A DNA stretch of 35,122 bases from an uncultured bacterium (GCA_965369655.1 CBDUQR010000032.1:1-35122); one strand, 5' to 3'; counted from the stretch's first letter, positions 1 through 9,693 are shown. Made by a program: numbers and translations. The notes: generated by a model not told the origin, from the letters alone.

Positions 1-1
1 C

Positions 2-379
2 TATACGAATGCCGGACACCTTCCGCCGCTTCTCCACAACAGAAATGACAACAGCATGCGGCACCTGAAGACCGGTGGAACCATACTCGGACAGTTCGAG
101 GGTTTCGAGTACAAAGCCGAGGTGGTCGATCTCAGAAAGGGCGACAGGATTTTTCTGTTCACCGATGGTGTTACAGAGGTTTTCAACACTTCAGGGGAGA
201 TGTATGGTCTGGAGCGACTCGGCGAATTCCTTCTCGCTGGCGGCGACGTTGCCGCGCGAGATTTCCTTCAGGATCTCAGGAATGACGTGGAAACATTCGC
301 GCGAGATGCCTCGGACACTCCCTTCGATGATCTGACCGCGGTAGTAGTCGATTTCGAGGGGGCGGGGGGCTGCCGATGA
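2..379 (+). CDS. PP2C/SpoIIE-family serine phosphatase (RsbU-like), 5'-truncated by the window edge
   Basis: Frame is open from base 2 (YTNAGHLPPLL) and continues into GDRIFLFTDGVTE...YGLERL...DDLTAVVV, the SpoIIE catalytic motifs. Its stop overlaps the next ATG (ATGA). Confidence 0.92.
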   Translation, partial: YTNAGHLPPLLHNRNDNSMRHLKTGGTILGQFEGFEYKAEVVDLRKGDRIFLFTDGVTEVFNTSGEMYGLERLGEFLLAGGDVAARDFLQDLRNDVETFARDASDTPFDDLTAVVVDFEGAGGCR

Positions 380-828
380 CTGAGCGGATTTCGGTACAGT
401 TTCCGAGTGACATAAAATATCTCGATCTTGTTTATTCGATTTCGAAGCAGATCTGTTCCCATATGAATATCAGTGAACGAAAGTCTCACTTCGTGATTGT
501 AGCTGTATCAGAAGGGTTCACAAATGCCGTGGTGCATGGCAATTGTGGCGAAACGGAACGAATGGTCGCGGTTATCTACGAGAAAACGCAAGGAATCCTG
601 TCTGTTACCATTGAGGATGAGGGCGTTGTGCCGATAAAGGAGAACATGGGGTGTTGTAAGCAGATGCCTCAGGCTGACGATGAATCAGGACGCGGACTGA
701 GCCTCATCAGGCAGTTTGCTGAGGAATTCACTCTCGTCAATGATCCATCAAAGGGAAACATCCTTGCGATGCAATTTCACGTCGAAAACAAGAGCCGCGT
801 AGCGGGGGAAATAAACCGGGAGGTATAG
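376..828 (+). CDS. Anti-sigma factor / Ser kinase, RsbW/SpoIIAB-like (HATPase_c_2)
   Basis: N-box VSEGFTNAVVHGN and ESGRGLSLIRQ motif; lies between a SpoIIE phosphatase and a STAS gene. Confidence 0.88.
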   Translation: MTERISVQFPSDIKYLDLVYSISKQICSHMNISERKSHFVIVAVSEGFTNAVVHGNCGETERMVAVIYEKTQGILSVTIEDEGVVPIKENMGCCKQMPQADDESGRGLSLIRQFAEEFTLVNDPSKGNILAMQFHVENKSRVAGEINREV

Positions 829-829
829 A

Positions 830-1186
830 ATGGAAGTCAGAAAAGAGCAGAATGCGGATCACACCTGTCTGCATCTCGATGGTCGACTCGATCTCAACAG
901 CTCTTCGCAGTTGAAAGAACAGATCACGGGGTTACTCGGTGAAGGTGTAGTCAATTTCATCGTCGACATGAACGGTGTTGACTTTATTAACAGTTCAGGA
1001 CTCGGCACTCTCGTTTCCATCCTGAAGGACGTGCGTATAGTGAAGGGCAGGTTGGTGCTCTGCAATCTTGCGCAATATGTTCATGAGATCTTCGAGATAA
1101 CACAGCTTTCGCACATCTTCGACATATATCCGACAGAGGAGCAGGCCGCTGCGTCATTTGCCGAGTCGGCCGTCAACGTTAGCTGA
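830..1186 (+). CDS. STAS-domain anti-anti-sigma factor (RsbV/SpoIIAA-like)
   Basis: LDGRLD...VDFINSSGLGTLV (phosphorylatable Ser motif)...IFEITQL; RBS GGAGG upstream. Confidence 0.92.
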   Translation: MEVRKEQNADHTCLHLDGRLDLNSSSQLKEQITGLLGEGVVNFIVDMNGVDFINSSGLGTLVSILKDVRIVKGRLVLCNLAQYVHEIFEITQLSHIFDIYPTEEQAAASFAESAVNVS

Positions 1187-1201
1187 GGCGATTGGGAAAT
1201 C

Positions 1202-3109
1202 ATGAGTACACACGAACAGTATTTGCAATCGCTTCTGCAGCAGTTGACCAGCGAGGATGTGTCGGAGCGCGAACAGGCCTGTCTGCAGTTGCGTGATTTC
1301 GATGACGACGAGGCCAGAGCGGCACTCGTTGCCTGTCTTGAGGAGACTGATCTCGGAATTCGTGAGTTGGCTGCAGAGAGTCTCATCGCGATGAAGGGTG
1401 AAGCAACAGCGTCATTTCTCGCGTGTCTGCTCAGTCACGATGACATCTCAGTGAGGAATCTGGCAGCCGAAGTGCTGTTCAGGGTTGGAATCGACTCGGT
1501 GGAACCGCTCTGCCACAGCCTGGTCGACAGCGACAAGGACGTCCGCAAGTTCTCTGCAGACATTCTTGGTCAGATTGGTTCAGAGAAAGCGGTGAAGCCG
1601 TTATTGGATGCGTTTGGCGATGACAACGCAAATGTCGTTTGCTCCGCCGTGGAGTCACTCGGACTGATCGGCGACGCCGAAGCTGTTCCCGCTCTGATCA
1701 GGATTCTTGATGAAAAAGAATACGCCAGGCCGGAGGCTATAGAGGCCCTGGGCAAGATAGGCGATGTGACAGCCCTGGAAGTCCTTCTGAAGAATATCCA
1801 GCATGAAGACTGCGTTGTAAGACTCGCAGTTCTCGATGCACTCGGGAGAATGAACGCTGTCGAGGCTGCTCCCCAGCTCAAGAGCATGCTCGATAGTGCA
1901 GACGAGACCACCAGGGACCTTATCTTTCTCGCCCTGATCCGGATTGCCAGGTCGGATAACCGTGCTATCCTGGAAGATCTTCCCGAACACAGTTTCAAGG
2001 AGTGTCTCTTTAGATCGCTCGAAGGCGAGGATAAGCAGTGCAAGTTGTTTGCACTCCAGGAACTTTTGCACTGGGATGGTCTGAGGGTCGTCGAGAAGCT
2101 AATTGCCGCTCTCGACACCGATGACGAAGATGTGCGCGCCAGAGCTAAACAGGCGCTGAAAGCGAGCGCGGTTTCTGCCTTCGATTCGATTGTTAACGCA
2201 CTTTCAAACAGTAGCAGCAGGTTGCTGATGGATGTCCTCGAGACGATATCGTACACGGGCAACGCCCGTTTTGCGAGAGACGTGGTCAGGCTAAGTGTCC
2301 ACGAGGATTCCGAGGTCCGTGAGGAGGTCGCCCGGACGCTCGGAAGAATCGGCGATCAAACGGTCATCGAGACTCTCGTGAAACTTGCCACTGATGAGGA
2401 CGGCCACGTTCGGTCGTCAGCCCTGAAATCGATTGGCTGGGTCGGTGACGAGCAGGAAGTCGAGTACCTTATTCAGGGGCTGGACGATCCTTACCAGGAT
2501 GTTCAGGAAGCTGCTATGGGCGCGATGGTGCTGATCGGTGGCGAACGAATCATCGAGCAGTTCAAGGCTGATCTGAATCACACCAATCCACGTCGACAGA
2601 GACTTGCGGCGATGGCGCTCGGGTGGATAGGTGAGAACGAAGTCGTTGAGCCGCTCATAACAGCACTTAATCATCCGGAGTGGGAAGTCAGGAGAAGTGC
2701 GATCGAAGCGCTCGCGAGAATCGCAAACAGAGACGCGATCGAGCCGATCAAATTTGCCCTGAACGATGAAGAACCGCAGGTAAAGAAAGCTGCCGTGGAT
2801 GCCCTCATTTCACTCGAAGGAGCAGACGCAGGCGAACACCTGATTCCACTGCTCGACGATGACGACGTATGGGTAAAATTCCATGTGATAAATGCGATCG
2901 GTCGAATCGGAGCCGTTGAAACCGTTGAGAAAGTAACCGAGCTCCTCTGCGACGTTAACGATGTCATACGCGTTGCGGCTGCGAAAGCGCTGTCGAGTTT
3001 CGGAGATCGCAGAGCCATTGCGGCGCTCAAGGCTGTTGTATTGGACGACAATCCGGATGTTGTAAACGCGGCTTCGGAAGCTGTCAGAACCATCGAGAGG
3101 AGCAAGTAG
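1202..3109 (+). CDS. HEAT-repeat (PBS-lyase type) solenoid protein
   Basis: About 20 repeats of roughly 31 aa such as DKDVRKFSADILGQIGSEKAVKPLL and EWEVRRSAIEALARIANRDAIEPIK; no other domain evident. Confidence 0.92.
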   Translation: MSTHEQYLQSLLQQLTSEDVSEREQACLQLRDFDDDEARAALVACLEETDLGIRELAAESLIAMKGEATASFLACLLSHDDISVRNLAAEVLFRVGIDSVEPLCHSLVDSDKDVRKFSADILGQIGSEKAVKPLLDAFGDDNANVVCSAVESLGLIGDAEAVPALIRILDEKEYARPEAIEALGKIGDVTALEVLLKNIQHEDCVVRLAVLDALGRMNAVEAAPQLKSMLDSADETTRDLIFLALIRIARSDNRAILEDLPEHSFKECLFRSLEGEDKQCKLFALQELLHWDGLRVVEKLIAALDTDDEDVRARAKQALKASAVSAFDSIVNALSNSSSRLLMDVLETISYTGNARFARDVVRLSVHEDSEVREEVARTLGRIGDQTVIETLVKLATDEDGHVRSSALKSIGWVGDEQEVEYLIQGLDDPYQDVQEAAMGAMVLIGGERIIEQFKADLNHTNPRRQRLAAMALGWIGENEVVEPLITALNHPEWEVRRSAIEALARIANRDAIEPIKFALNDEEPQVKKAAVDALISLEGADAGEHLIPLLDDDDVWVKFHVINAIGRIGAVETVEKVTELLCDVNDVIRVAAAKALSSFGDRRAIAALKAVVLDDNPDVVNAASEAVRTIERSK

Positions 3110-3116
3110 CAGAGCC

Positions 3117-3509
3117 ATGAAAAGAATCCTGATCGTCGATGATGAACTGCTGATAAGGGATTTACTCTATGACCACTTCAGTTCACATGATTATCACATC
3201 AGTATGGCAGACTCCGGGCAGAAGGCCCTCGATATCCTGAACTCAGATGAGGTCGACTGTATCCTCACTGACCTCAAGATGCCGGATATGGACGGACTGG
3301 AACTGATCAAAAAAGCCAGAGAACGGTCCGAGAGGAAAGTTCCGGCAATCCTGATTACGGGTTTTCCCTCGATCGAATCGGCCGTCGACGCCCTCCGGAA
3401 CAGGGTCTTCGACTACATTGTGAAGCCGTTCAACATCAAGAGACTTCACGATTCAGTGGAAAAGGCAATCGCTGATACAAGTGGGAATGAGTCAACCTGG
3501 GAGCGGTGA
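3117..3509 (+). CDS. Single-domain response regulator receiver
   Basis: ILIVDDE, TDLKMPDMDG, LITG, YIVKPF. Confidence 0.92.
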   Translation: MKRILIVDDELLIRDLLYDHFSSHDYHISMADSGQKALDILNSDEVDCILTDLKMPDMDGLELIKKARERSERKVPAILITGFPSIESAVDALRNRVFDYIVKPFNIKRLHDSVEKAIADTSGNESTWER

Positions 3510-4126
3510 TGGCTAAGTACAAGTTGCTTGTTGTGGATGACGAGCTGTTCGTTAGAGAACTTCTGGAAGAGTATTTTTCCAAGATGGATTTCGAGGTAAT
3601 TGTCGCCGGTTGCGGCCCGGATGCCCTGAAATCTGTTGCGGAACACCAGTTCAACGTGGGTCTCATCGACCTGAAGATGAGTGACATGGACGGGATCGAG
3701 ACGCTGAAGAAAATTCAGCAGCTCGATGAGAACCTGATATTGATACTGATGACCGGTTACCCGACTGTCGAGTCGTCGGTTGAAGCGATGCGATCCGGCG
3801 CTTTTGACTATGTAGTGAAACCATTCAGATTGAATGAACTCAAGGACATCGTGTTGAGGGCGGTAAAGGAACACCGCGTCAGATGCGAGATTGCCGAGAT
3901 CAAATCGAAGGTGGCGGCGATTGAAAGGAAGCTTTCAGCGATAGTCGGCGAGCCTTTCTGTGAGAGCGAAGCGGGAGATACGGATACTGAGAGTCCGCCG
4001 GCTTATGAATCGGATATCGAAGCTGAAGAACAGTTGGACAGATGGGGAAAACTCCTGCGCGATGGATTCATAACGCGTCAGGAATTCGAAGAAAGAAAGA
4101 AGCGCATCCTTAGCACTGTGTGCTGA
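3509..4126 (+). CDS. Response regulator receiver with coiled coil and C-terminal SHOCT-like domain
   Basis: REC motifs VVDDE, DLKMSDMDG, MTG, VKPF; the C-terminus EEQLDRWGKLLRDGFITRQEFEERKKRIL fits the SHOCT pattern. ATG overlaps the previous TGA. Confidence 0.88.
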   Translation: MAKYKLLVVDDELFVRELLEEYFSKMDFEVIVAGCGPDALKSVAEHQFNVGLIDLKMSDMDGIETLKKIQQLDENLILILMTGYPTVESSVEAMRSGAFDYVVKPFRLNELKDIVLRAVKEHRVRCEIAEIKSKVAAIERKLSAIVGEPFCESEAGDTDTESPPAYESDIEAEEQLDRWGKLLRDGFITRQEFEERKKRILSTVC

Positions 4127-4159
4127 GTGTATCAAAGCTCAACAGGGGGATTCTGGCGA

Positions 4160-5179
4160 ATGCTCTCGACGAAAACAGACGCTCAGGAATTGTCCAATGA
4201 AGATTTCGTCGCTATTCGCGATTACATTCATGAGCGAAGCGGCATATACTTTGCAGAAAATAAAAAATATATAATTGAGAACAGGCTCATCAGACGAATG
4301 GGCGATCTGGGGGTGAAGTCGTACAGAGACTATTTCTATCTGGTCAAGTATGACACAAGTTACAAAGAATTCAACTACCTGATGAACCTGATCACGACTA
4401 ATGAAACGTCGTTCTTCAGAAATCCCCCGCAACTGAAAGCATTCGCCAAGGAAGTGCTGCCGCTGATAAGGGCGGAGAAAGAGGCGGCCGGGAAAAAGCG
4501 GATAAGAATATGGAGTGCTGGTTGCTCGACAGGTGAAGAACCCTACACGCTTGCAATGATTTTGAAAGAAGAGATACCGGAGTTGGACAACTGGGATGTG
4601 GAGATATTGGCGAACGACATATCCGAGCAAGTCCTGTACTCGGCCAGAAAGGGCATATATGGTGAGTCGACGCTTCGATCCACCGACAAATATATTGTTC
4701 AGAAGTATTTTACCCACGAGCCGGAAGGGTATCGCATTTCCGACGATATCAAGAGGCTCGTAAAACTGAGTCACGGCAACCTTTCGGACACGCGCAAACT
4801 GAGCATGTTTCGAGACATGGATATCGTGTTCTGTCGCAATGTCATGATCTACTTCTCCGACGAGGTCAAGAAGAATATCGTCAGGCAGTTTTATAACAGC
4901 CTGGTGCCGGGCGGATATCTCTTCATCGGTCACTCTGAGAGCCTGCACGGAATCTCGAAGGCGTTCAAACTCTCGTATTTCAAGAATGCTCTTGTCTACA
5001 GGAAAGAGCCGGCGACTGTTCGGAAGTCGACTCCGACAGGAGAGGCAACTGCGGCCAGAACGGCACAGAAGCAGCCGGTCTTTGCGAGAACGGGTGGAGT
5101 GCAAAGGGTGGCTCAGAGAACGAGCGATACATTGAAGAAGCTCGAAAAGATGAAAGAACTGTTGGCCGCCAAACGATAG
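4160..5179 (+). CDS. cheR: Chemotaxis protein-glutamate methyltransferase CheR
   Basis: TTNETSFFR, IWSAGCSTGEEPYTLAM, DIVFCRNVMIYF, GYLFIGHSESL; the ATG at 4160 follows AGGGGG. Confidence 0.96.
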   Translation: MLSTKTDAQELSNEDFVAIRDYIHERSGIYFAENKKYIIENRLIRRMGDLGVKSYRDYFYLVKYDTSYKEFNYLMNLITTNETSFFRNPPQLKAFAKEVLPLIRAEKEAAGKKRIRIWSAGCSTGEEPYTLAMILKEEIPELDNWDVEILANDISEQVLYSARKGIYGESTLRSTDKYIVQKYFTHEPEGYRISDDIKRLVKLSHGNLSDTRKLSMFRDMDIVFCRNVMIYFSDEVKKNIVRQFYNSLVPGGYLFIGHSESLHGISKAFKLSYFKNALVYRKEPATVRKSTPTGEATAARTAQKQPVFARTGGVQRVAQRTSDTLKKLEKMKELLAAKR

Positions 5180-5211
5180 AATATGAATGCTGAGAATAGA
5201 AGGTACGCATT

Positions 5212-5634
5212 ATGAATGGAACAGTACTTGTCGTCGATGATTCGCCCACCGTCGTGAAGTTCGTCGCTTTCAGCCTGAAAAGCCTGGGCCTGAAAGTTGT
5301 AACGGCGTCCGACGGTATGGATGCGATGGAGAAAATCTCGTCACTTGAGAAATCGGTAGATCTGGTGATTACCGACCTCAATATGCCGAATATGGATGGA
5401 TATGAATTGATCTCGAATCTCAGGCAGAGCGAAGAGTATTCGGACACTCCGATAATCATTCTCTCTTCGGAAGATGATGATGCCGACAAGGCGATGGGGT
5501 CCGAGGTGGGAGCAGACTCGTATCTGACCAAGCCGTTCAAATCTGCTTTACTGATCGACGAGGTCGGAAAATATCTCGATGAATCTACAGTCGCAGGCAA
5601 TAAGAGCGCAGGAGGTAGAAGTGGCGGATATTAA
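5212..5634 (+). CDS. CheY-like single-domain response regulator
   Basis: VVDDSPT, ITDLNMPNMDG, GADSYLTKPF. Confidence 0.9.
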   Translation: MNGTVLVVDDSPTVVKFVAFSLKSLGLKVVTASDGMDAMEKISSLEKSVDLVITDLNMPNMDGYELISNLRQSEEYSDTPIIILSSEDDDADKAMGSEVGADSYLTKPFKSALLIDEVGKYLDESTVAGNKSAGGRSGGY

Positions 5635-6001
5635 GATTCTTGCGGTGGATGATTCTCCTACGATGCGCAGGATTATTGTCAACACGTTGAAAAGGGCTGG
5701 CTTCAAAGATGTCACGGAAGCTACGGATGGCAAAGATGCACTGGCCAAAATGAAGGTTGACAATTTCAATTTTGTCATCACGGACTGGAATATGCCTGAA
5801 ATGGATGGGTTGACGTTTGTCAAGCATGTCAGGAATACTGAAGGATTTAAGAACTTGCCGATTTTGATGGTGACCACGCGATCGGTTAAGGACGACATTA
5901 TCGAAGCGATGAAGGCCGGAGTCAACAACTATATCGTGAAGCCTTTTACTCCAGACACGCTCAAAGCAAAAATCTCACAAACAATCGACAATGTCGTATG
6001 A
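5621..6001 (+). CDS. cheY: Chemotaxis response regulator CheY
   Basis: KILAVDDSPTMRRII, TDWNMPEMDG, LPILMVT, AGVNNYIVKPFT; GTG at 5621 follows GGAGG (5611-5615); lies directly before cheZ-cheA. Confidence 0.92.
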   Translation: MADIKILAVDDSPTMRRIIVNTLKRAGFKDVTEATDGKDALAKMKVDNFNFVITDWNMPEMDGLTFVKHVRNTEGFKNLPILMVTTRSVKDDIIEAMKAGVNNYIVKPFTPDTLKAKISQTIDNVV

Positions 6002-6033
6002 CGATGAGAATATGAGAGAAAAGGAGTATTGAG

Positions 6034-6648
6034 ATGACTGAACCTGTAATGGTTTCCAGTAAGATACATGAAGAGATCAGAAGTCTGACGGAGTCGATTG
6101 ATCAAATGGTCGAGTCATTCAGGAACCTGCAGAACCCTATCGAGGAATCGAGGAAGAGGGTTCCAGAGGCCACAATGCAGCTCGATCAGATAAACAAGCA
6201 GACTGAAGAGGCGACACACCGTGTCCTGGATATGGTCGAGCAGATCACAAATGATGCGGGAGATATGGTCCGGGACCTGACCACTCTGCGGAAGGCGTTG
6301 CCTGCAACATATTTCAAGAATCGCTCTAAAGTTAGAGATGTCTTTGAGCGGATGGAGAAGGCAGCTTCATCAAGTCAGGATAACGCCTTTGCGATCATGG
6401 ACGCGCTGCAGTTCCAGGATATTACCGCTCAACAGATGGAGCATACCGCGCACCTGCTCGACGAGGTCGAGACGAAGCTTCACAGCATCAAAGGGTTTCT
6501 CGGTGGAGATGAATCTGAAGCGAAAGAGGATATCGTCGTGCACAGGAAACGTGCTTTCGATCCGAACGCGCGCTATGAGGTTTCATCCGAAAGCCAGGAG
6601 GAAGTGGACAATCTCCTGGAGAGTGTCAAGAAAGACCATCAGGAGTAG
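6034..6648 (+). CDS. cheZ: CheY-P phosphatase CheZ
   Basis: Helical protein with TEEATHRVLD, catalytic ALQFQDITAQ (DxxxQ) and a C-terminal SQEEVDNLL CheY-binding helix. Confidence 0.9.
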   Translation: MTEPVMVSSKIHEEIRSLTESIDQMVESFRNLQNPIEESRKRVPEATMQLDQINKQTEEATHRVLDMVEQITNDAGDMVRDLTTLRKALPATYFKNRSKVRDVFERMEKAASSSQDNAFAIMDALQFQDITAQQMEHTAHLLDEVETKLHSIKGFLGGDESEAKEDIVVHRKRAFDPNARYEVSSESQEEVDNLLESVKKDHQE

Positions 6649-6687
6649 ATTTGACGACTTTAGGACTTTGAACTTGGGAGAGCCTCG

Positions 6688-8583
6688 ATGACTGATGGAT
6701 TTGATTTGGATGACATGCAGGGTATTATTGATGAGTTCATGGTGGAAGCAGATGAACTCATGTCTCAGCTTGACGCCGATCTTGTCACGATAGAGAAAGA
6801 CCCGGATGATCTCGAACTTCTGAACAGAATTTTTCGCTCGGCTCACACGATAAAGGGTACCTCGGGGTTTCTCGGGTTTACTCATCTGTCGAACCTGACT
6901 CACCACATGGAGGATGTTCTCAATCGCCTTCGCAAGGGGGAGTTAACTCTCTCTCCCGATATGATGGATGTTCTTCTTGAGTGCGTGGATATTCTCAAAG
7001 AGATACTCGCCGACATAGCCGAGAATGGACAGGAGACAGAACGCGACCTGACTGACATCCTCGCTAAGCTCAGCAACGCCGAAAATGGAATGCAGTCAAC
7101 AACACAAGGCAAGTCCTCGTCGGTCAAGGCGGCATCAAAACAGAAGAAGACGGGCAAAACTAAAGCTGCGACAAAGAAGGCCTCGAGCAAGAAATCGGCT
7201 GCATCGTCACGCAAGAAGAAGAAGGCGACCGAGCAAGATGAACCTTCCGAAGTTGCCGTGACAGCAAGTGTTGAGGAGACGCCGGAAGCGACGCCCGATA
7301 TTCATCCTGAGACCGAGACCGTCGCAGCCCAGTCATCTCAAGAGAATAAGTTGGACGTTGCTCGCAAGAAGGAATTTCTCGATAGACGCAAGGCCGACAC
7401 AACCATTCGAGTTGATGTTCAACGTCTCGACGGATTGATGAACATGGTCGGCGAACTCGTGCTCGGCAGAAATGCACTTGTTCAGCTTGATCGCAATATC
7501 GGGATGCGCTGGGAAGGCGAGGAAGAGGTCGAAAAGCTGAGCCAGGCAACAACTCAGGTCAGCTTTGTCACTACCGAACTTCAGATGGCCGTAATGCAAT
7601 TGAGAATGCTCCCCATCGGGAATGTCTTCAACAAGTTTCCACGGGTCGTCAGGGATCTGGCGAGAGATAAGGGTAAGAAGATCGATCTCAAGTTGATTGG
7701 CGAAGAGACCGAACTCGACAAGACTGTGATCGAGGAAATCGGCGATCCCCTGGTGCATCTGGTCAGGAACTCGTGCGATCATGGGATCGAGACTCCCGAC
7801 GTGCGACGAGAGCTTGGGAAGCCGGAAACCGGCACAATCGAGTTGGCCGCCGCTCAGGAGGGGTCGAATATTATCATCAAGATCACCGATGATGGTCGGG
7901 GAATCGACGTCGATCGAGTCTCCGCAAAGGCTGTCGAGAAGGGTCTTGCGATGCCTGACGAGATTGCGGCGATGTCTGACCGTGATATAATGAAATTCAT
8001 ATTAAATCCCGGGTTCTCCACGGCAGCGGTAGTCACCGACGTGTCGGGCCGCGGCGTAGGAATGGATGTTGTCAGGACCAACATCGAGAAGTTGAACGGC
8101 ACAATCGATATCGAGAGCGAAAAGAACCAGGGCACAAAGATAATCATCAAGCTCCCCCTGACGCTCGCGATCATCCAGGGACTGCTTGTGAAAGTTCAGG
8201 ACGACGTCTTTATCATTCCGCTATCGTCTGTCTCCGAAACGGTTAAGATCAACTCAGATGATATTAATTATGTGAACAAGATGGAGGTCATTAGACTCCG
8301 AGACAAGGTACTTCCGATTCTGAACCTGCGAGAAGTGCTTTTCACTGGTTATTCGCAGGAAAAGCAGGAGAATCCGTACGTGGTTGTGGTCGGATTTGCT
8401 GAAAAGCGGCTCGGTCTGATCGTCGACAGTCTTCTCGGGCAGGAAGAAGTCGTGATCAAGTCGATGGGAGATTACCTCGGCAGTACTTCAGGTATTGCGG
8501 GCGCCACTATCATGGGCGATGGTCGGATTCGCCTGATCGTCGATGTGGGCGGGCTTTTCAAACTTGTAACTTCTGCCTGCTGA
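6688..8583 (+). CDS. cheA: Chemotaxis histidine kinase CheA (Hpt, low-complexity linker, dimer, HATPase, CheW-like P5)
   Basis: IFRSAHTIKG (Hpt His), TIRVDVQRLDGLMNMVGELV, DPLVHLVRNSCDHGIE, DVSGRGVGMDVV, KLPLTLAI, GIAGATIMGDG. Confidence 0.97.
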   Translation: MTDGFDLDDMQGIIDEFMVEADELMSQLDADLVTIEKDPDDLELLNRIFRSAHTIKGTSGFLGFTHLSNLTHHMEDVLNRLRKGELTLSPDMMDVLLECVDILKEILADIAENGQETERDLTDILAKLSNAENGMQSTTQGKSSSVKAASKQKKTGKTKAATKKASSKKSAASSRKKKKATEQDEPSEVAVTASVEETPEATPDIHPETETVAAQSSQENKLDVARKKEFLDRRKADTTIRVDVQRLDGLMNMVGELVLGRNALVQLDRNIGMRWEGEEEVEKLSQATTQVSFVTTELQMAVMQLRMLPIGNVFNKFPRVVRDLARDKGKKIDLKLIGEETELDKTVIEEIGDPLVHLVRNSCDHGIETPDVRRELGKPETGTIELAAAQEGSNIIIKITDDGRGIDVDRVSAKAVEKGLAMPDEIAAMSDRDIMKFILNPGFSTAAVVTDVSGRGVGMDVVRTNIEKLNGTIDIESEKNQGTKIIIKLPLTLAIIQGLLVKVQDDVFIIPLSSVSETVKINSDDINYVNKMEVIRLRDKVLPILNLREVLFTGYSQEKQENPYVVVVGFAEKRLGLIVDSLLGQEEVVIKSMGDYLGSTSGIAGATIMGDGRIRLIVDVGGLFKLVTSAC

Positions 8584-8586
8584 AAC

Positions 8587-9693
8587 ATGGGTATTCCAAT
8601 TAACAAAATAAACGTGCTCGTCGTAGACGATTCTGCGTTCATGCGAAAAGCTATCTCGATGATGCTGGAAGAAGATCCAGGCATCAAGGTCATAGGAATG
8701 GCTCGCGACGGCGAAGAGGCGATCGCGAAGGTCGCGCATCTGAAACCTGATCTGGTCACGCTGGATATCGAAATGCCCCGGATGGACGGTCTTACCGCAT
8801 TGTCGCGGATCATGAAGGAGAATCCGACGCCGGTAGTGATGGTCTCATCTCTCACCAGCGAAGGCGCCGACGCCACTCTCGAGGCATTTGATCGAGGTGC
8901 GGTCGATTTCATCCCGAAGCAGTTGTCGTTCGTCTCGCTCGATATCGTCAAGATCAAGAAGGATCTTATCGAAAAGGTGAAGCAGATTCATTCGCGGCGC
9001 AGGACATTGATGGCGCAGTATGCCCTCGGGCTTCGCAGGAAGAAAGATGCAGACAAGTCAAAGGAATCCGCCGCGAGCGTCGTGCGCAGGACTTCCAGGT
9101 CATACAAGCCGCTCAGTCGGCAGGGAGTCAGGGTGGTGGCGATAGGAGTATCGACCGGCGGTCCGCCCGCACTTCAGACGGTCATCCCCAACTTGCCGAG
9201 TGACCTGCCGTCTGGCATACTTGTGGTTCAGCACATGCCCCCAACTTTTACGCGATCCCTTGCGAATCGTCTGGACGGACTATCGAATATGAAGGTCAAA
9301 GAGGCGGAGCATGGCGAGCCGATAGTCGCGGGATGCGTCTATATCGCACCCGGCGATAAGCATATGAAGGTGAAAAGATGGGGGAAAAACGCTGAGATAA
9401 AGCTCGATGATGAGCCGTCCGACACTTTGCACAAACCGTCAGTAGACGTCTTGATGAACTCGGTTGCGGATATCTACGGGGGCGAGTCACTTGGAGTGAT
9501 GATGACTGGAATGGGGTCTGATGGCGTCGAGGGCATCGCCCGAATGAAGAGCAAGGGAGCAAAAGTAATCGCTCAGAATGAACAGACATGCGTGGTCTAC
9601 GGGATGCCGCGCGCCGTTGTGGAGAGAAAACTGGCCGACAAAGTCTCACCTGTCGACAGAATCGCCTCCGACATAATGTCCTACTTCCGTTGA
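8587..9693 (+). CDS. cheB: Chemotaxis response regulator methylesterase CheB
   Basis: N-terminal REC domain; GVSTGGP, VQHMP, PSVD, MTGMGSDG, VVYGMP. Confidence 0.97.
   Translation: MGIPINKINVLVVDDSAFMRKAISMMLEEDPGIKVIGMARDGEEAIAKVAHLKPDLVTLDIEMPRMDGLTALSRIMKENPTPVVMVSSLTSEGADATLEAFDRGAVDFIPKQLSFVSLDIVKIKKDLIEKVKQIHSRRRTLMAQYALGLRRKKDADKSKESAASVVRRTSRSYKPLSRQGVRVVAIGVSTGGPPALQTVIPNLPSDLPSGILVVQHMPPTFTRSLANRLDGLSNMKVKEAEHGEPIVAGCVYIAPGDKHMKVKRWGKNAEIKLDDEPSDTLHKPSVDVLMNSVADIYGGESLGVMMTGMGSDGVEGIARMKSKGAKVIAQNEQTCVVYGMPRAVVERKLADKVSPVDRIASDIMSYFR

Noticed and set aside
4139-5104. 321-aa antisense ORF
   Set aside because: Shadow of cheR on the opposite strand, with no motifs; expected from codon bias.
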